A DNA stretch of 64,000 bases, from the NCBI RefSeq assembly GCF_003545715.1, contig NZ_QVNU01000001.1, forward strand, positions 1,231,962 through 1,295,961, given 5' to 3'. The stretch comes from Taibaiella koreensis. GTDB taxonomy: Bacteria; Bacteroidota; Bacteroidia; Chitinophagales; Chitinophagaceae. Below the pieces are notes generated by a model. That model did no database searches. It was not told where the DNA came from and saw nothing but the letters and a program-made list of their open reading frames with translations. Of this stretch, positions 47,612 through 57,364 are shown one piece after another. Made by a program: the position numbers and the translations under genes. The stretch's first letter is position 1. Each line of letters starts with the position of its first letter.

Positions 47612-49810
47612 TTGGACCAGAAAGTTTTTTTCATTACTCCGCCATTTACCCAGCTCAATACGCCTTACCCGGCTACTGCTTACCTCAAGGGTTTTCTCAA
47701 TACCCTGGGTGTAGCGGCAGGGCAGGCAGACATGGGTATGGAGGTTATCTTGTCCCTGTTCTCACCGGCCGGGCTCAAGCGGCTGTTTGCCGCAGTGGCC
47801 CAAAGCGGTGTGCGGCTGTCGGCCAACGGACGCCGTATCGTGCAGCTATCAGATGTTTATTGCAGCACGATCGGCCCGGTTATCGATTTCCTGCAGGACA
47901 AAAATCCCACGCTGGCCCATTCGATCTGTACCGGCAATTACCTGCCCGAAGCCTCCCGCTTTAATCAACTGGCCGACCTGGAATGGGCTTTCGGCGCCAT
48001 GGGCATACGCGACAAGGCCAGGCACCTGGCCACGCTGTACCTGGAAGATCTTTCCGACCTGATCGTTGAAGCAGTGGATCCCCATTTCGGCTTTAGCCGC
48101 TATGCCGAAAGGCTGGGCCGTTCTGCGGCTTCTTTCGATGCGCTGGATGCAGCCTTGCGTGGTCCGCTTTCCTTTATTGACGAGCTGCTGCTGGAATTGC
48201 TGGCGACGCGTATTGTGACTGAAAAACCTACTTTGGTAGCGCTTTCGGTGCCCTTTCCCGGAAACCTGTACAGCGCTTTTAAATGTGGGCAATGGCTCAA
48301 GGAGCATTACCCCGAAATGAAAGTATGCCTGGGTGGTGGCTATGCCAATACAGAGTTGCGGGGCATCAGGGATCCCAGGGTATTCGACTATGTCGATTTT
48401 ATAACCCTGGACGATGGCGAGGCGCCCCTGGTCAATCTGCTGGAATATCTTGAAGGAAAGCGACCCGTTGATTTCCTCAAGCGGACCTTTGTTCGCCTGG
48501 GAGATGAGGTGGTTTACTGCAATGCTTCATTACAGCCCGATTACAAACAAATAGATGTGGGTACGCCCGACTACTCCGGTTTGCGGCTGGACGAATACCT
48601 GTCGGTGATCGAGATCGCCAATCCCATGCACCGGCTCTGGAGCGACGGACGCTGGAACAAGCTGACCCTTGCACACGGCTGCTATTGGGGAAAATGTACT
48701 TTTTGTGATATATCGCTCGATTATATCCGCACTTACGAAGCGACTACCGCGGTAGTGCTGGTTGATCGTATGGAGACGATCATGCGGCAGACCGGGCAGA
48801 ACGGCTTCCATTTCGTAGACGAAGCAGCGCCGCCGGCATTGATGCGTGAAGTGGCGCTGGAGTTGCTGCGCCGCAAGCTCAGTGTGACCTGGTGGACCAA
48901 TATCCGCTTTGAGAAGAGCTTTACCGCCGACCTGTGCCGGCTCCTGGCTGCCTCGGGCTGCATTGCGGTCTCCGGCGGACTAGAGGTCGCCTCCGACCGC
49001 TTGCTCAACCTCATTAAAAAAGGCGTTACGGTAGCCCAGGTGGCCAAAGTAGCCGCTAATTTTACCGAGGCCGGTATTATGGTGCATGCCTACCTGATGT
49101 ATGGTTTTCCCACGCAAACGGCCCAGGAAACCATAGATGCGCTGGAGGTCGTGCGTCAGCTGTTTGCCCTCGGTATCGTACAATCCGGTTTCTGGCACCA
49201 GTTTGCGATGACGGCCCATAGCCCCGTAGGAATGGATCCCGCCGCATTTAAGGTAAAGAAAGTAACGGAGGCCGTCGGCGCCTTTGCCCACAACGATATG
49301 GAGCACACCGATCCTACGGGGACCGATCATGAGCGCTTTAGTGCGGGACTGCGCAAATCCCTGTTTAATTATATGCATGGGATCTGCTTCGATTTTCCCT
49401 TGCAGGAATGGTTCGACTTTAAAGTGCCGCGCACGGGCGTAGAACCCGATTATATCGAGCATGAGTTGTTGCACTACCCCGAAAAGGAGCTGAAACCGGG
49501 TGCGAAGATCGTTTGGCTGGGCGACAAGCCCGTGCTGCAACGGCAGCAGCGGCAGAAGAAAGGAAAAAGCTTTACGGTAACACAGCTGGTGGTGTATACC
49601 CGCCGGGAAGAGCTTAAGATCGCGGTAGACGAGCAGGATGGCGCCTGGCTGGAGACACGGCTACCACTGCTGCAGCCTGTTGGGGAAAAGGTATATAGCT
49701 ATGCTGTGCTGGCGGAGGACTACCAGGCAGCGACCGGCCGGGATTTCGAATCGTTGTGGCAGGGTCCGGTCGTAGACGAGCTGCGCCAGCTGGGGCTGCT
49801 TGCCCTGTAA
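47612..49810 (+). CDS. B12-binding domain-containing radical SAM protein with a ~250 aa C-terminal extension
   Basis: N-terminal cobalamin-binding-like Rossmann domain, a Cys cluster AHGCYWGKCTFCD (CX4CX2C) and a radical-SAM core (…FHFVDEA…, …GGLEVASDR…). Confidence 0.78.
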   Translation: MDQKVFFITPPFTQLNTPYPATAYLKGFLNTLGVAAGQADMGMEVILSLFSPAGLKRLFAAVAQSGVRLSANGRRIVQLSDVYCSTIGPVIDFLQDKNPTLAHSICTGNYLPEASRFNQLADLEWAFGAMGIRDKARHLATLYLEDLSDLIVEAVDPHFGFSRYAERLGRSAASFDALDAALRGPLSFIDELLLELLATRIVTEKPTLVALSVPFPGNLYSAFKCGQWLKEHYPEMKVCLGGGYANTELRGIRDPRVFDYVDFITLDDGEAPLVNLLEYLEGKRPVDFLKRTFVRLGDEVVYCNASLQPDYKQIDVGTPDYSGLRLDEYLSVIEIANPMHRLWSDGRWNKLTLAHGCYWGKCTFCDISLDYIRTYEATTAVVLVDRMETIMRQTGQNGFHFVDEAAPPALMREVALELLRRKLSVTWWTNIRFEKSFTADLCRLLAASGCIAVSGGLEVASDRLLNLIKKGVTVAQVAKVAANFTEAGIMVHAYLMYGFPTQTAQETIDALEVVRQLFALGIVQSGFWHQFAMTAHSPVGMDPAAFKVKKVTEAVGAFAHNDMEHTDPTGTDHERFSAGLRKSLFNYMHGICFDFPLQEWFDFKVPRTGVEPDYIEHELLHYPEKELKPGAKIVWLGDKPVLQRQQRQKKGKSFTVTQLVVYTRREELKIAVDEQDGAWLETRLPLLQPVGEKVYSYAVLAEDYQAATGRDFESLWQGPVVDELRQLGLLAL

Positions 49811-49827
49811 ATGGATGTCTAAAGACC

Positions 49828-49854
49828 AAGGGCCTCCGCCGAACGAAGGCCCTT
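49828..49854. terminator. weak hairpin between convergent genes
   Basis: 8 bp stem aagggcct/aggccctt with an 11 nt loop and no T-tract. Confidence 0.3.
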
Positions 49855-49876
49855 GATACGTGGGGACGCCGGCGTA

Positions 49877-50062
49877 TTAAGCTTCTTTATCGCTGTTTTT
49901 GATCTCTGTTACCTGGTTACGGATCTCCTGGGCCAGCGCTTTTATCTCCTGCATGCCACCCCGCAGACGGGTACCGGCAACTTTGCTTCCCTTGTTATAG
50001 AATTTGTCGGCGTCGGCTTCGATCGAAGCGAGCAGCTCCTTCAGCTGATTGAATTTCTCCAT
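49877..50062 (-). CDS. histone H1-like small basic DNA-binding protein (61 aa)
   Basis: MEKFNQLKELLASIEADADKFYNKGSKVAGTRLRGGMQEIKALAQEIRNQV… resembles the small Lys-rich 'histone H1'-annotated proteins of Bacteroidota. Confidence 0.55.
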   Translation of the reverse strand: MEKFNQLKELLASIEADADKFYNKGSKVAGTRLRGGMQEIKALAQEIRNQVTEIKNSDKEA

Positions 50063-50233
50063 TTTTTATTGATTTAGTGCTGCAAATATAGAATTCTACG
50101 CGAAATGGCCCCGGAATTTAATTTTCTCTTAAGGTCCGGACACCGGGATGAAGCCCGTATGTAAAAAACAGGCCGGGAACGCAACCTTTGAAACGGCATT
50201 TTTGTTACCCCTGCAAATGTAATCGGACACCAC

Positions 50234-50656
50234 ATGCTTTCCCTCAAAGAAATAGAACACCTGATTTACAAAGATGCGGCGCATACCATCGAAAATCCCG
50301 GATGGCTGGAACAGTTCTACGAGCTCTGGCTCGAGCGGTATCATGCGCTTAACATCGTCAAGTCGCCCGAACAGGTGATCAGGCCGGGTAGGGAGCTGAT
50401 ACTGGCTTTGTTGCGCGACTACCGCTTCGATGAGATCCACCTGTTCAAGATACACGACGGGGCCAATGTATACGCCCTGCTGCAGGACAAGGGAGAGGGC
50501 AACTGGTCGTATCAGTTTGTTGTGATCTATAAAGATCAGCCGGAAAAAGTAATACAGTGTTGCCAGGATGTGGAGGAGCTCAAGGTATTTTTCGATCATA
50601 AAGAGCCTATATTGGAAATACCGTTGCCCAATGACCGGAAATACGTGGAAGATTAA
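50234..50656 (+). CDS. hypothetical protein (140 aa)
   Basis: ORF with protein-like composition. The competing antisense ORF 50129..50599 looks less plausible. Confidence 0.45.
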   Translation: MLSLKEIEHLIYKDAAHTIENPGWLEQFYELWLERYHALNIVKSPEQVIRPGRELILALLRDYRFDEIHLFKIHDGANVYALLQDKGEGNWSYQFVVIYKDQPEKVIQCCQDVEELKVFFDHKEPILEIPLPNDRKYVED

Positions 50657-50672
50657 GGAGTATCTTTGAAAG

Positions 50673-51404
50673 ATGAAAGATTTCTTTTCGGCATCAGCTT
50701 CGGTCTATGCGCTCAATCGTCCCGGTTATCCGCAGGCCTTGTTCGATTACCTCAGGTTGGCCTGTCCCCGCCGGGAATGTGCCTGGGATTGCGCCACGGG
50801 CAACGGGCAGATCGCCGGTGGCCTGTCGGCTTTTTTCAAAGAGGTAAAAGCTACCGATATCAGCGAGCAGCAAATGGCCCATGCTTACCAGGCCCCCAAT
50901 ATCAGCTACAGTAAGGAAGCCGCAGAACAGTCTTCCTTTGCCGGTCACAGTTTCGACCTGATCATCGTTGCCCAGGCGATCCACTGGTTCCGCTTCGACG
51001 AATTCTATAAGGAGGTCAGGCGTACGCTGAGGCCCGATGGCCTTTTTGTGGTTGCGGGCTATAATATGGCTGTGATTACGCCGGCTGTGGACAAAATACT
51101 CCTGGATTTCCAAAACGACGTAGTAGGACCTTACTGGGACCCCGAACGGATATATATCGATGAGCGTTATGAAACGATCCCGTTCCCTTTCCGGGAGATC
51201 GATACTCCTTCGCTGGCATATGAAGCCCGCTGGAGCCTGGAGCGCCTCTGCGGCTATGTTGAAAGCTGGTCGGCCACCCGGCACTATATTAAGGCCAGGG
51301 GAACCAATCCTGTGCCGGCGCTTATGGAGGCATTGCGCCCGGTATGGGGCAATGAGCCGCTGCCGCTGGCTTTTCCGGTGCTGCTGCGTGCAGGAAGGTT
51401 GTAA
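50673..51404 (+). CDS. class I SAM-dependent methyltransferase
   Basis: Motif I-like …AWDCATGNGQIAG… and motif II …DLIIVAQAIHWF…. Confidence 0.82.
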   Translation: MKDFFSASASVYALNRPGYPQALFDYLRLACPRRECAWDCATGNGQIAGGLSAFFKEVKATDISEQQMAHAYQAPNISYSKEAAEQSSFAGHSFDLIIVAQAIHWFRFDEFYKEVRRTLRPDGLFVVAGYNMAVITPAVDKILLDFQNDVVGPYWDPERIYIDERYETIPFPFREIDTPSLAYEARWSLERLCGYVESWSATRHYIKARGTNPVPALMEALRPVWGNEPLPLAFPVLLRAGRL

Positions 51405-51504
51405 ATGATCCTTTTATTAAGAAGACAGCATTCCTTTCCCGGGCATCCCCGGAGAGGCTATTTTTACGGTTCTATTCATTATTTCTCCAAAAATAAAATC
51501 AAAA

Positions 51505-51915
51505 ATGAAACGCAAAGCATCAGCAGTATGGAATGGCTCCGGTAAGGAAGGCCAGGGTGCGCTCAGCACGCAGAGCACTGTATTGAACAATACCCAATAT
51601 TCTTTCAAGACCCGGTTTGAGGATGGCGTAGGCACCAATCCCGAAGAGCTCGTAGCTGCGGCGCATGCCGGCTGCTTTACGATGCAGCTTACGTTTAACA
51701 TCGATGGCGCCGGGTTTACCGCTACCGATATTCATACCGATTGCGACATCACTTTTGAGAACGGCGCCATTACGCAGTCGCATCTTACGGTACATGCCCA
51801 GGTAGATGGCATCAGCCAGGAGAAATTTGATGAGCTGGTAGCACATGCCGAAAAGAACTGTCCTATTTCGAAACTGCTTAACACAGAGATATCCGTAACG
51901 GCGACATTGAACTAG
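51505..51915 (+). CDS. osmC: OsmC family peroxiredoxin / organic hydroperoxide resistance-like protein
   Basis: Paired cysteine pattern …AHAGCFTM… and …EKNCPISK… typical of OsmC. Confidence 0.85.
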   Translation: MKRKASAVWNGSGKEGQGALSTQSTVLNNTQYSFKTRFEDGVGTNPEELVAAAHAGCFTMQLTFNIDGAGFTATDIHTDCDITFENGAITQSHLTVHAQVDGISQEKFDELVAHAEKNCPISKLLNTEISVTATLN

Positions 51916-51935
51916 TTCCGATCGCAATGTTGACG

Positions 51936-51966
51936 AAAGCCGGCCGCATAGGCCGGCTTTTCTATT
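51936..51966 (+). terminator. rho-independent terminator
   Basis: Stem aaagccggcc/ggccggcttt followed by a T-rich tract, 20 bp after the osmC stop. Confidence 0.65.
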
Positions 51967-52163
51967 TGTAAACAGCGAGAATTAAAAATGTAATTTATGA
52001 GCATTTATTATGATTATTTTCTAGAATAATCTCTATTTTTTGACTTTTTAATGCTTTTATTAAAAAAGAATAAGCATTTTTTATGCTTTTGGCATGCTTT
52101 TTGTTCCTACTTATTTGGTGCATCATTAGTTTGGTGTTGGTTTATTGGTTTGAGCCCTCTTGT

Positions 52164-53180
52164 TTAAGAGGGCTTTACCTTTTCACCATTTTCCGGCAGA
52201 TCGCCGGATGAAGATCCGGCGCCGGGAGACATATTGTCGTATTGTGGTGGAAGCACAGCTACATCACGTTCGATCTCTTTTTGCTCCACATGCACGGCAT
52301 AGGAGGCGGGTTCGATATGTCTTCCTTTGTATTCGGCAAATACCTGGGTAAACTCTGCTCCGATATAAAGAATGGCTGCGGTATAGTATACCCATACCAA
52401 GATGACGATGAGGGAGCCTGCAGCGCCAAAAGTAGAGCCGGTACCCGTTGTAGAAATGTAAAGACTGATCAGAAACCGGCCCAGCATGAACAGGCAGGCT
52501 GTAAAAAAGGCGCCGGCGCGCACATCCCGCCACCGGATGTGCACATCGGGAAGCACCTTGAATATGGCGCCGAAGAGGATCGTGATCACCAGGAAGCTGA
52601 TGATCGCGTTCACCACGTCGGCTACGAACAAGGTGATCTGCGGCAACACGTGGGTAAGGCGGTCGGTAAGGGCCAGGAGCGCGCCATTGATAATAAGGGA
52701 AACGGCCAGGAGGAAGCCCAGGCTAACGATAAGGGAGGAGGAGAGTAAGCGGTCCTTAAGGATCTTCAGCCAACCTCTTTTGGGTTTGGCCTTCACCTTC
52801 CATATGATGTTGATCGAATCCTGCACCTCGCCAAAGAGGCTGGTGGCGCCGATGAGCAGGGTAACGATGCCGATAATGAGCGCGGGCTTACTTTTGCCCG
52901 AGAGCTCGATGGCCCTGATCATATTCTGGATCTGCGTGGCGGCATCGTTGCCGATGAGGCCGTGAAGCTCTTCGAAAATACGGCCCTGTATGGCATCCCT
53001 GCCCAGGAAAATACCAGCCAGCGATATGAGCAGCAGCAGTAGTGGCGCCAGGGCGAATACAGTATAATAGGCCAGGGCGGCGCTTAGCTTCAGCCCTTTA
53101 TCATTCATGAAGCCGATAAAAGTGTTTTGTGCGATCAGAACAAAAGGCCGCCTGGATAGTTTTTTCAGGAATTGCTTCAT
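52164..53180 (-). CDS. YihY/BrkB (virulence factor BrkB / ribonuclease BN-like) family membrane protein
   Basis: …LSAALAYYTVFALAPLLLLLISLAG… plus six TM helices and a C-terminal charged tail. Confidence 0.82.
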   Translation of the reverse strand: MKQFLKKLSRRPFVLIAQNTFIGFMNDKGLKLSAALAYYTVFALAPLLLLLISLAGIFLGRDAIQGRIFEELHGLIGNDAATQIQNMIRAIELSGKSKPALIIGIVTLLIGATSLFGEVQDSINIIWKVKAKPKRGWLKILKDRLLSSSLIVSLGFLLAVSLIINGALLALTDRLTHVLPQITLFVADVVNAIISFLVITILFGAIFKVLPDVHIRWRDVRAGAFFTACLFMLGRFLISLYISTTGTGSTFGAAGSLIVILVWVYYTAAILYIGAEFTQVFAEYKGRHIEPASYAVHVEQKEIERDVAVLPPQYDNMSPGAGSSSGDLPENGEKVKPS

Positions 53181-53294
53181 AATTGCTGTATTGCCTGCAG
53201 GAAGGCATATGTCTTGCGGATACAACAACATGCGTTTCGATTTGTTCTTATGCTAAACAACGATGTTTTTTTAACGACCTCAAATTTATACTCG

Positions 53295-54611
53295 ATGAAC
53301 CGCTTACGTTTACTTATTACAGGCGCTGGCCTGCTGCTTCTGGCCGCCTGCTCCGGCCCATCTGATCAAAGCGCCACAGCAGCTACTGTCGATACGGCCG
53401 GGAATGGCGACAGCTTGCCTGCGCCGTTTGCAACAGAATCATCGGTTAACCTTTCCAAAGTGGTGGGCTGGCCCGATAGCCTTAGTCCTAAAGCACCCGA
53501 GGGCTTTTCCGTTACGCGTTTTGCAGGAGGACTTAACAGCCCCCGCTGGATCTATATTGCCCCCAACGGGGACATACTGGTGGCAGAGGCGCGCACGACA
53601 CCCCACAAAGGTTTTGGCGCCAATATGGTAGAGGGTTCCCGGAATATCAACAAAGATGGCGGGGCCAACCGTATCCTGCTGTTCCGGGATACGGACAACG
53701 ACGGCGTGCCCGATATGACCAGCAACTTTATGACCGGCCTCAACCAGCCCTTCGGTATGCTGATCATCGGTTCCAGCTTCTATGTGGCCAATACCGACGG
53801 CGTGTGGAAATATGCCTATAAGGAAGGCGATACACGAATCAGCGGCCCTGGCAAGAAGATCGTTAGCCTGCCCGCGGGAGGCTATAACAATCACTGGACC
53901 CGCAATATCATTACCAACCAGGCGCAGGACAAGCTTTATATATCGGTAGGCTCGGGCAGCAATGTCGCGGAGCATGGTATGGAGAATGAAGTGCGGCGGG
54001 CCAATATCCTGGTCACCGATCTTGAAGGCGGACAGGAGCAGGTATATGCTTCGGGTTTACGCAACCCGGTGGGTATGGATTGGGCGCCAGGCACGCAAAC
54101 TTTATGGACGGCCGTGAATGAAAGAGATGAGCTGGGCGACGAGTTGGTGCCCGATTACCTGACCAGCGTAAAGCCCGACGGCTTTTACGGATGGCCCTAT
54201 GCTTACTGGGGCCAGCATCCCGATCCCCGCATGAAGGGAGCGCATATGGAATTGGTACGGCAATCGCTGGTGCCTGATGTAAACCTGGGCTCACATACCG
54301 CTTCGCTGGGCCTGGCGTTCAGCAAAGGCGGATCTTTTCCCGCACCCTACGCCAGTGGCGCCTTTATAGGACAGCACGGCTCCTGGAACCGCTCCCAGCT
54401 GAGCGGCTACAAGGTAGTCTATGTGCCCTTTAAGAATGGTAAGCCTGATGGTAAGCCCCGGGATTTTCTTACCGGCTTTATTGTAAAGTCTGGTGAAAGC
54501 GAAGTGCATGGCCGGCCGGTAGGGATCGCTTTTACCAAAAGCGGCTATATGCTGGTGGCCGACGATGCTGCCAATATCATATGGTGCGTGAAGGCCAATA
54601 CTACCCGTTAA
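53295..54611 (+). CDS. PQQ-dependent sugar dehydrogenase (sorbosone dehydrogenase / SGDH family) lipoprotein
   Basis: Lipoprotein signal …LLAACSG and beta-propeller glucose/sorbosone dehydrogenase motifs (…PDGFYGWPY…, …HGRPVGIAF…). Confidence 0.82.
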   Translation: MNRLRLLITGAGLLLLAACSGPSDQSATAATVDTAGNGDSLPAPFATESSVNLSKVVGWPDSLSPKAPEGFSVTRFAGGLNSPRWIYIAPNGDILVAEARTTPHKGFGANMVEGSRNINKDGGANRILLFRDTDNDGVPDMTSNFMTGLNQPFGMLIIGSSFYVANTDGVWKYAYKEGDTRISGPGKKIVSLPAGGYNNHWTRNIITNQAQDKLYISVGSGSNVAEHGMENEVRRANILVTDLEGGQEQVYASGLRNPVGMDWAPGTQTLWTAVNERDELGDELVPDYLTSVKPDGFYGWPYAYWGQHPDPRMKGAHMELVRQSLVPDVNLGSHTASLGLAFSKGGSFPAPYASGAFIGQHGSWNRSQLSGYKVVYVPFKNGKPDGKPRDFLTGFIVKSGESEVHGRPVGIAFTKSGYMLVADDAANIIWCVKANTTR

Positions 54612-56635
54612 TGTTCTGGCTCCGGCTAACCTGTCTGCTACCGCTGAGTCTTTTGCTCCTGGCGCCGCTATGGGGGCAAGATTCCACGCAGGTACTGGAT
54701 GAGGTACGTGTGCAGGCTTACGGACTGCCCTCGTCGGGACTTCGTGCTGCTGTAGAACGCATAGCCACAGCAAGTGGAGAACAGTATGCACCCGCCTCGG
54801 CGGTTCCCCTGGTCAATGCTTTGGCGGGTGTACGCCTGGACGAAAGGTCGCCCGGCAGCTACCGGCTCAGCATCAGGGGCAGCGCCTTACGCGCCCCCTT
54901 TGGTGTACGCAATGTCAAGATCTATATGGACGGTATACCCTTTACCGACCCGGGTGGGGTAAGCTACCTCAACCAGCTGGGCCCGCTGCAGTTTGCCGGT
55001 GCTACCGTACTTAAAGGGCCGGGGAGCAGCATGTATGGCGCCGGTACTGGCGGGGTGATGCTGCTGGAGCCGGCAGCTGCCGACACCACAGGAGGCGCAG
55101 CCGGGTATAGCTATGGCAGCTACCAGCAGCATACCATCCTGGCCGATCTGCGCTGGCATACGAGGTTGGATCAGGCGGTAGCCTATCAACAAGTAAGCGG
55201 GCAGGGCTATCGCGATCAGTCGGCACTGGACCGTAAGCTGCTCAGCTGGAGCGGGCGTTACCGCATCAGCGACCGGCAGGAGCTGTCGGCCGTACTGTTG
55301 CTGGGCCGGCTGCATTATGAAACGCCGGGTGCGCTTACGCTTGAAGAATACGAACACGACCCTGCTGCGTCGCGGGCTGCGGGCAATGGCTTTCCTTCGG
55401 CTGCCGGAGCAGGCGCTGCTATCGATCAGCGTATGGCCTGGCTGGGTATCGGCTTCAGGACCGATATGGGACGAGGTTTGCATCAGCAAACCGGCATCGG
55501 CCTGGCGTATACCGAGCTGAGGAACCCCGCCATCCGCAATTATGCAGTGACCACTCAGCCCCAGGTCAGCATTCGCTCTGCATTTGCTTATGAAAAGCAG
55601 CTGAATGGGATCGGGCTCCGCATCAACGCCGGTATCGAAGGGCAGACCGGCTGGTCGCGGGTGCAGGTATACACTAACAATGAGGGGCAAAAGGGTGTGC
55701 AGCAAAGCAAAGAAAGGATCGTTCCGGCGCAGGGCATTGTCTTCCTGCAGTCGGCTTTAAGTTACAACAATTGGGAATTGATCCTGGGCGCGAGCCTGAA
55801 TGGGAGTTCTTTCCGTTATGAGCAGGTATTCCCGCAAACTACCGGAGTATTGGGGCGTAGCCTGGCGCCTCAGCTGGTTCCCAGGATCGTGCTTTCGCGT
55901 GCCCTGGGCCGGCGGGCATTTCTTTATGCATCCTTCTCCAAGGGCTTTTCGCCACCTGTAGCCGATGAGCTGCTGCCGAGCGGCAGCGCCTTCAACCGCA
56001 ATTTGCAGCCTGAGATAGGGCAGAACTATGAGCTTGGTTTCCGGTGCCGGCCATGGCCCGGGTTGCAAGCCGCAGTGAATGCTTATTATTTTCTGCTGCG
56101 GAATACGATCGTCCAGCGGAGGGATGCCGGCGGGGGCGACTATTATGTAAATGCCGGGCAAACCCGGCAGCCGGGTATTGAAGCCTCACTCAGCTACGAA
56201 GGTGGCCGGCCCGGGCGCTATGCCTGGTCGCTGCGGGGTAGCTATGCCTTCCAGCCTTACCGGTATGCCGATTTCATACGGGGGCAGGACGACTATTCGG
56301 GCAAGGCTTTGCCCGGATTGGCGGAGCATAACCTTTATGCAGGGATACAACTGACCTTTCTTGATCATATCCTGGTAGCAATGCATGATTACTATTCCGG
56401 CGCTGTTCCTTTGAATGATGCCAATTCGGCCTATGGCGGGCCGGTACATCTGGTCACGGGAAAAGCGGGATATCAATGGCAGAGAGGAATGTACCGCCTG
56501 GCAGCATTTATAGGAGTCGATAATCTCCTGGACCGGCGTTACAGCCTTGGTTACGACATCAATGCTGCGGGCAGCCGCTACTACAATGCGGCACCGCCGC
56601 GTAACTACTACTTTCAGTTGCTTTTTTCGCTTTAA
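54611..56635 (+). CDS. TonB-dependent outer membrane receptor
   Basis: Signal peptide, a plug domain (…RLDERSPGSYRLSIRGS…), a long beta-barrel and a C-terminal aromatic residue. It overlaps the upstream stop by 1 bp (TAATG). Confidence 0.82.
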   Translation: MFWLRLTCLLPLSLLLLAPLWGQDSTQVLDEVRVQAYGLPSSGLRAAVERIATASGEQYAPASAVPLVNALAGVRLDERSPGSYRLSIRGSALRAPFGVRNVKIYMDGIPFTDPGGVSYLNQLGPLQFAGATVLKGPGSSMYGAGTGGVMLLEPAAADTTGGAAGYSYGSYQQHTILADLRWHTRLDQAVAYQQVSGQGYRDQSALDRKLLSWSGRYRISDRQELSAVLLLGRLHYETPGALTLEEYEHDPAASRAAGNGFPSAAGAGAAIDQRMAWLGIGFRTDMGRGLHQQTGIGLAYTELRNPAIRNYAVTTQPQVSIRSAFAYEKQLNGIGLRINAGIEGQTGWSRVQVYTNNEGQKGVQQSKERIVPAQGIVFLQSALSYNNWELILGASLNGSSFRYEQVFPQTTGVLGRSLAPQLVPRIVLSRALGRRAFLYASFSKGFSPPVADELLPSGSAFNRNLQPEIGQNYELGFRCRPWPGLQAAVNAYYFLLRNTIVQRRDAGGGDYYVNAGQTRQPGIEASLSYEGGRPGRYAWSLRGSYAFQPYRYADFIRGQDDYSGKALPGLAEHNLYAGIQLTFLDHILVAMHDYYSGAVPLNDANSAYGGPVHLVTGKAGYQWQRGMYRLAAFIGVDNLLDRRYSLGYDINAAGSRYYNAAPPRNYYFQLLFSL

Positions 56636-56644
56636 GTGTATGAA

Positions 56645-56669
56645 AAAAGCCGGCGCAATTGCCGGCCTT
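56645..56669 (+). terminator. rho-independent terminator after the TonB-dependent receptor gene
   Basis: Palindromic gccggc arms around gcaatt, flanked by aaa/ttt. Confidence 0.5.
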
Positions 56670-56716
56670 TAACTCAGAAAAACACATCTTCAGGTTGGGT
56701 GGCAGTAATATGCCGC

Positions 56717-57081
56717 TTAGATAAAATACAGACCCAGGATCAGGGCAAGGCCGGTAAAAGACAACAGTACAGTAGTTGTAGTCAGTGTATATTTCAAGGG
56801 AAACATCGCCATAAGGGTGACACCCATGGTCAGGTCCAGGGTCTCATGAACCTTATGACCGATATAACGGAGCAGGCCATGACGATAGTCGGTGAAAATG
56901 GCATACAAAATAAGTCCTGAGCCTGTGATCATGATTGCGGCCAGCACTTTGGTATTGGCATCGCTTACAAAGAACCAGGGTAGTGTTACCAACAGAACGC
57001 CGGCAAAAAAATCAAGCAAGCCATTCATTTGGTTTTCCCCGAGACCCAGGGATGTAAGCATTTTGGTAATGAGCGTTTTCA
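56717..57081 (-). CDS. hypothetical small membrane protein (SPW-repeat-like)
   Basis: Start chosen at MKTLITK (57081). Four hydrophobic segments, including an LPWFF motif. Confidence 0.5.
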
Positions 57082-57296
57082 TACAACAGTTGTTTAAAGG
57101 GGCCAGATGGGTAATGCAGCCTTTATATGCTTGTATTGAAAAAATTGTGCCAAAATCGCTTTCGGAACTATAAAAAGAGATTTTTTTTCGGAAAGCCCAC
57201 ATAGTATTGGATTTGCGGCTTTGTAAACCTGGTATTAAGTATTCCCCGGCAGCTAGATTGCAAGGGTATAAATTAATAATATGGGGGAAAGGCATA

Positions 57297-57326
57297 GAAA
57301 AGCGGGGAAGAAATTCCCCGCTTTTC
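57297..57326. terminator. bidirectional rho-independent terminator
   Basis: aaaa-gcggggaa-gaaa-ttccccgc-ttttc, immediately 3' of the DJ-1/PfpI gene. Confidence 0.65.
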
Positions 57327-57364
57327 TTGTTTGTGGATGCTCAAAGGTATTTTGGCAATACCTG

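Noticed and set aside
52152-52175. Hairpin gagccctctt-gttt-aagagggct overlapping the stop codon of the YihY/BrkB gene
   Set aside because: No U-tract follows in either orientation. It may be structural, but it is not a convincing intrinsic terminator.
54887-55705. 272-aa minus-strand ORF
   Set aside because: It is a shadow ORF inside the TonB-dependent receptor gene.
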